A stretch of DNA of 51,422 nt. Source: an uncultured bacterium. Lineage in GTDB: Bacteria > Actinomycetota > Actinomycetes > S36-B12 > UBA10799. The stretch spans positions 1 through 51,422 of the forward strand of contig CBFGTA010000001.1 in assembly GCA_965651595.1 (NCBI GenBank), written 5' to 3'. Below, piece after piece: positions 51,268-51,422 of the stretch. Positions within the stretch are counted from its first letter, which is position 1, and each line of letters begins with the position of its first letter. The notes under the pieces were generated by a model. The model saw nothing but the letters and a program-made list of their open reading frames with translations. It made no database searches and had not been told where the DNA came from. Made by a program: the position numbers and the translations under genes.

Positions 51268-51422
51268 GGTGGAAGTCAACCGGTTGCGGGAGAAAGTTGC
51301 AAGATCGTTAGACCCGAAGGGGGGCACCCAACCGCACTTCACGGAGCGGGTATTCGGCTGCGCCTGCGACCGTTCCTAAACACTGAGCAGGAGTGAGTCC
51401 TGCCCCGTGTGCCCCCGCGAAC

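Noticed and set aside
1-51422. Scan of all intergenic spacers for tRNA/rRNA genes, IS-element termini, integrase or transposase genes.
   Set aside because: I saw no T-loop-type GGTTCGAATCC motifs outside coding frames, no rRNA-like sequence, and no transposase or integrase ORF. A tRNAscan or Infernal run would be needed for certainty.

Overview
Densely coding chromosomal segment of about 51 kb from a high-GC Actinomycetota genome. No rRNA, tRNA, CRISPR array or intact mobile element was recognised.

Conserved backbone. The order ponA-like class A PBP (5' end outside the window), Rv0051-type polytopic membrane protein, rpsF-ssb-rpsR-rplI and an intein-less dnaB matches the mycobacterial Rv0050-Rv0058 neighbourhood as I recall it. 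Interleaved here are a translationally coupled femAB-like / alanine-racemase-fold / GT-C-like operon, nfo, three MFS transporters and an LMW protein-tyrosine phosphatase.

Accessory patch (about 15.3-18.6 kb). Directly downstream of dnaB lies a visibly A/T-richer stretch. It carries a complete hipB/hipA toxin-antitoxin pair with a duplicated 19-bp candidate operator, followed by decayed gene fragments. Two divergent FAD monooxygenases come next.

Most unusual locus (21.9-28.1 kb). A roughly 1190-aa secreted protein combines an ALK/LTK-type glycine-rich domain, a putative Ig domain, seven FN3-like repeats that each hold a conserved Cys pair, and a basic C-terminal domain. A GT87 (DUF2029) glycosyltransferase follows 42 nt downstream. 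An APC permease overlaps that gene's stop codon (GTGA).

Rest of the window:
- FUSC-GntR-fatty-acid-hydroxylase cluster.
- Amino-sugar cluster: nagA, SIS deaminase, a ROK kinase with a histone-H1-like AKKA/PAKK tail, and a sugar porter. A perfect 4x 10-bp tandem repeat sits between the ROK and SIS genes.
- Orphan CHASE3-HAMP-PP2C sensor phosphatase.
- Two M23 peptidases with long leaders.
- Aminotransferase / omega-amidase pair.
- CopC plus a CopD-CtaG fusion.
- FadE5-like acyl-CoA dehydrogenase.
- Two secreted Cys-containing proteins of unknown function.
- Carotenoid-cleavage-type dioxygenase.

All family calls come from motif reading of the translations. No database search was run.
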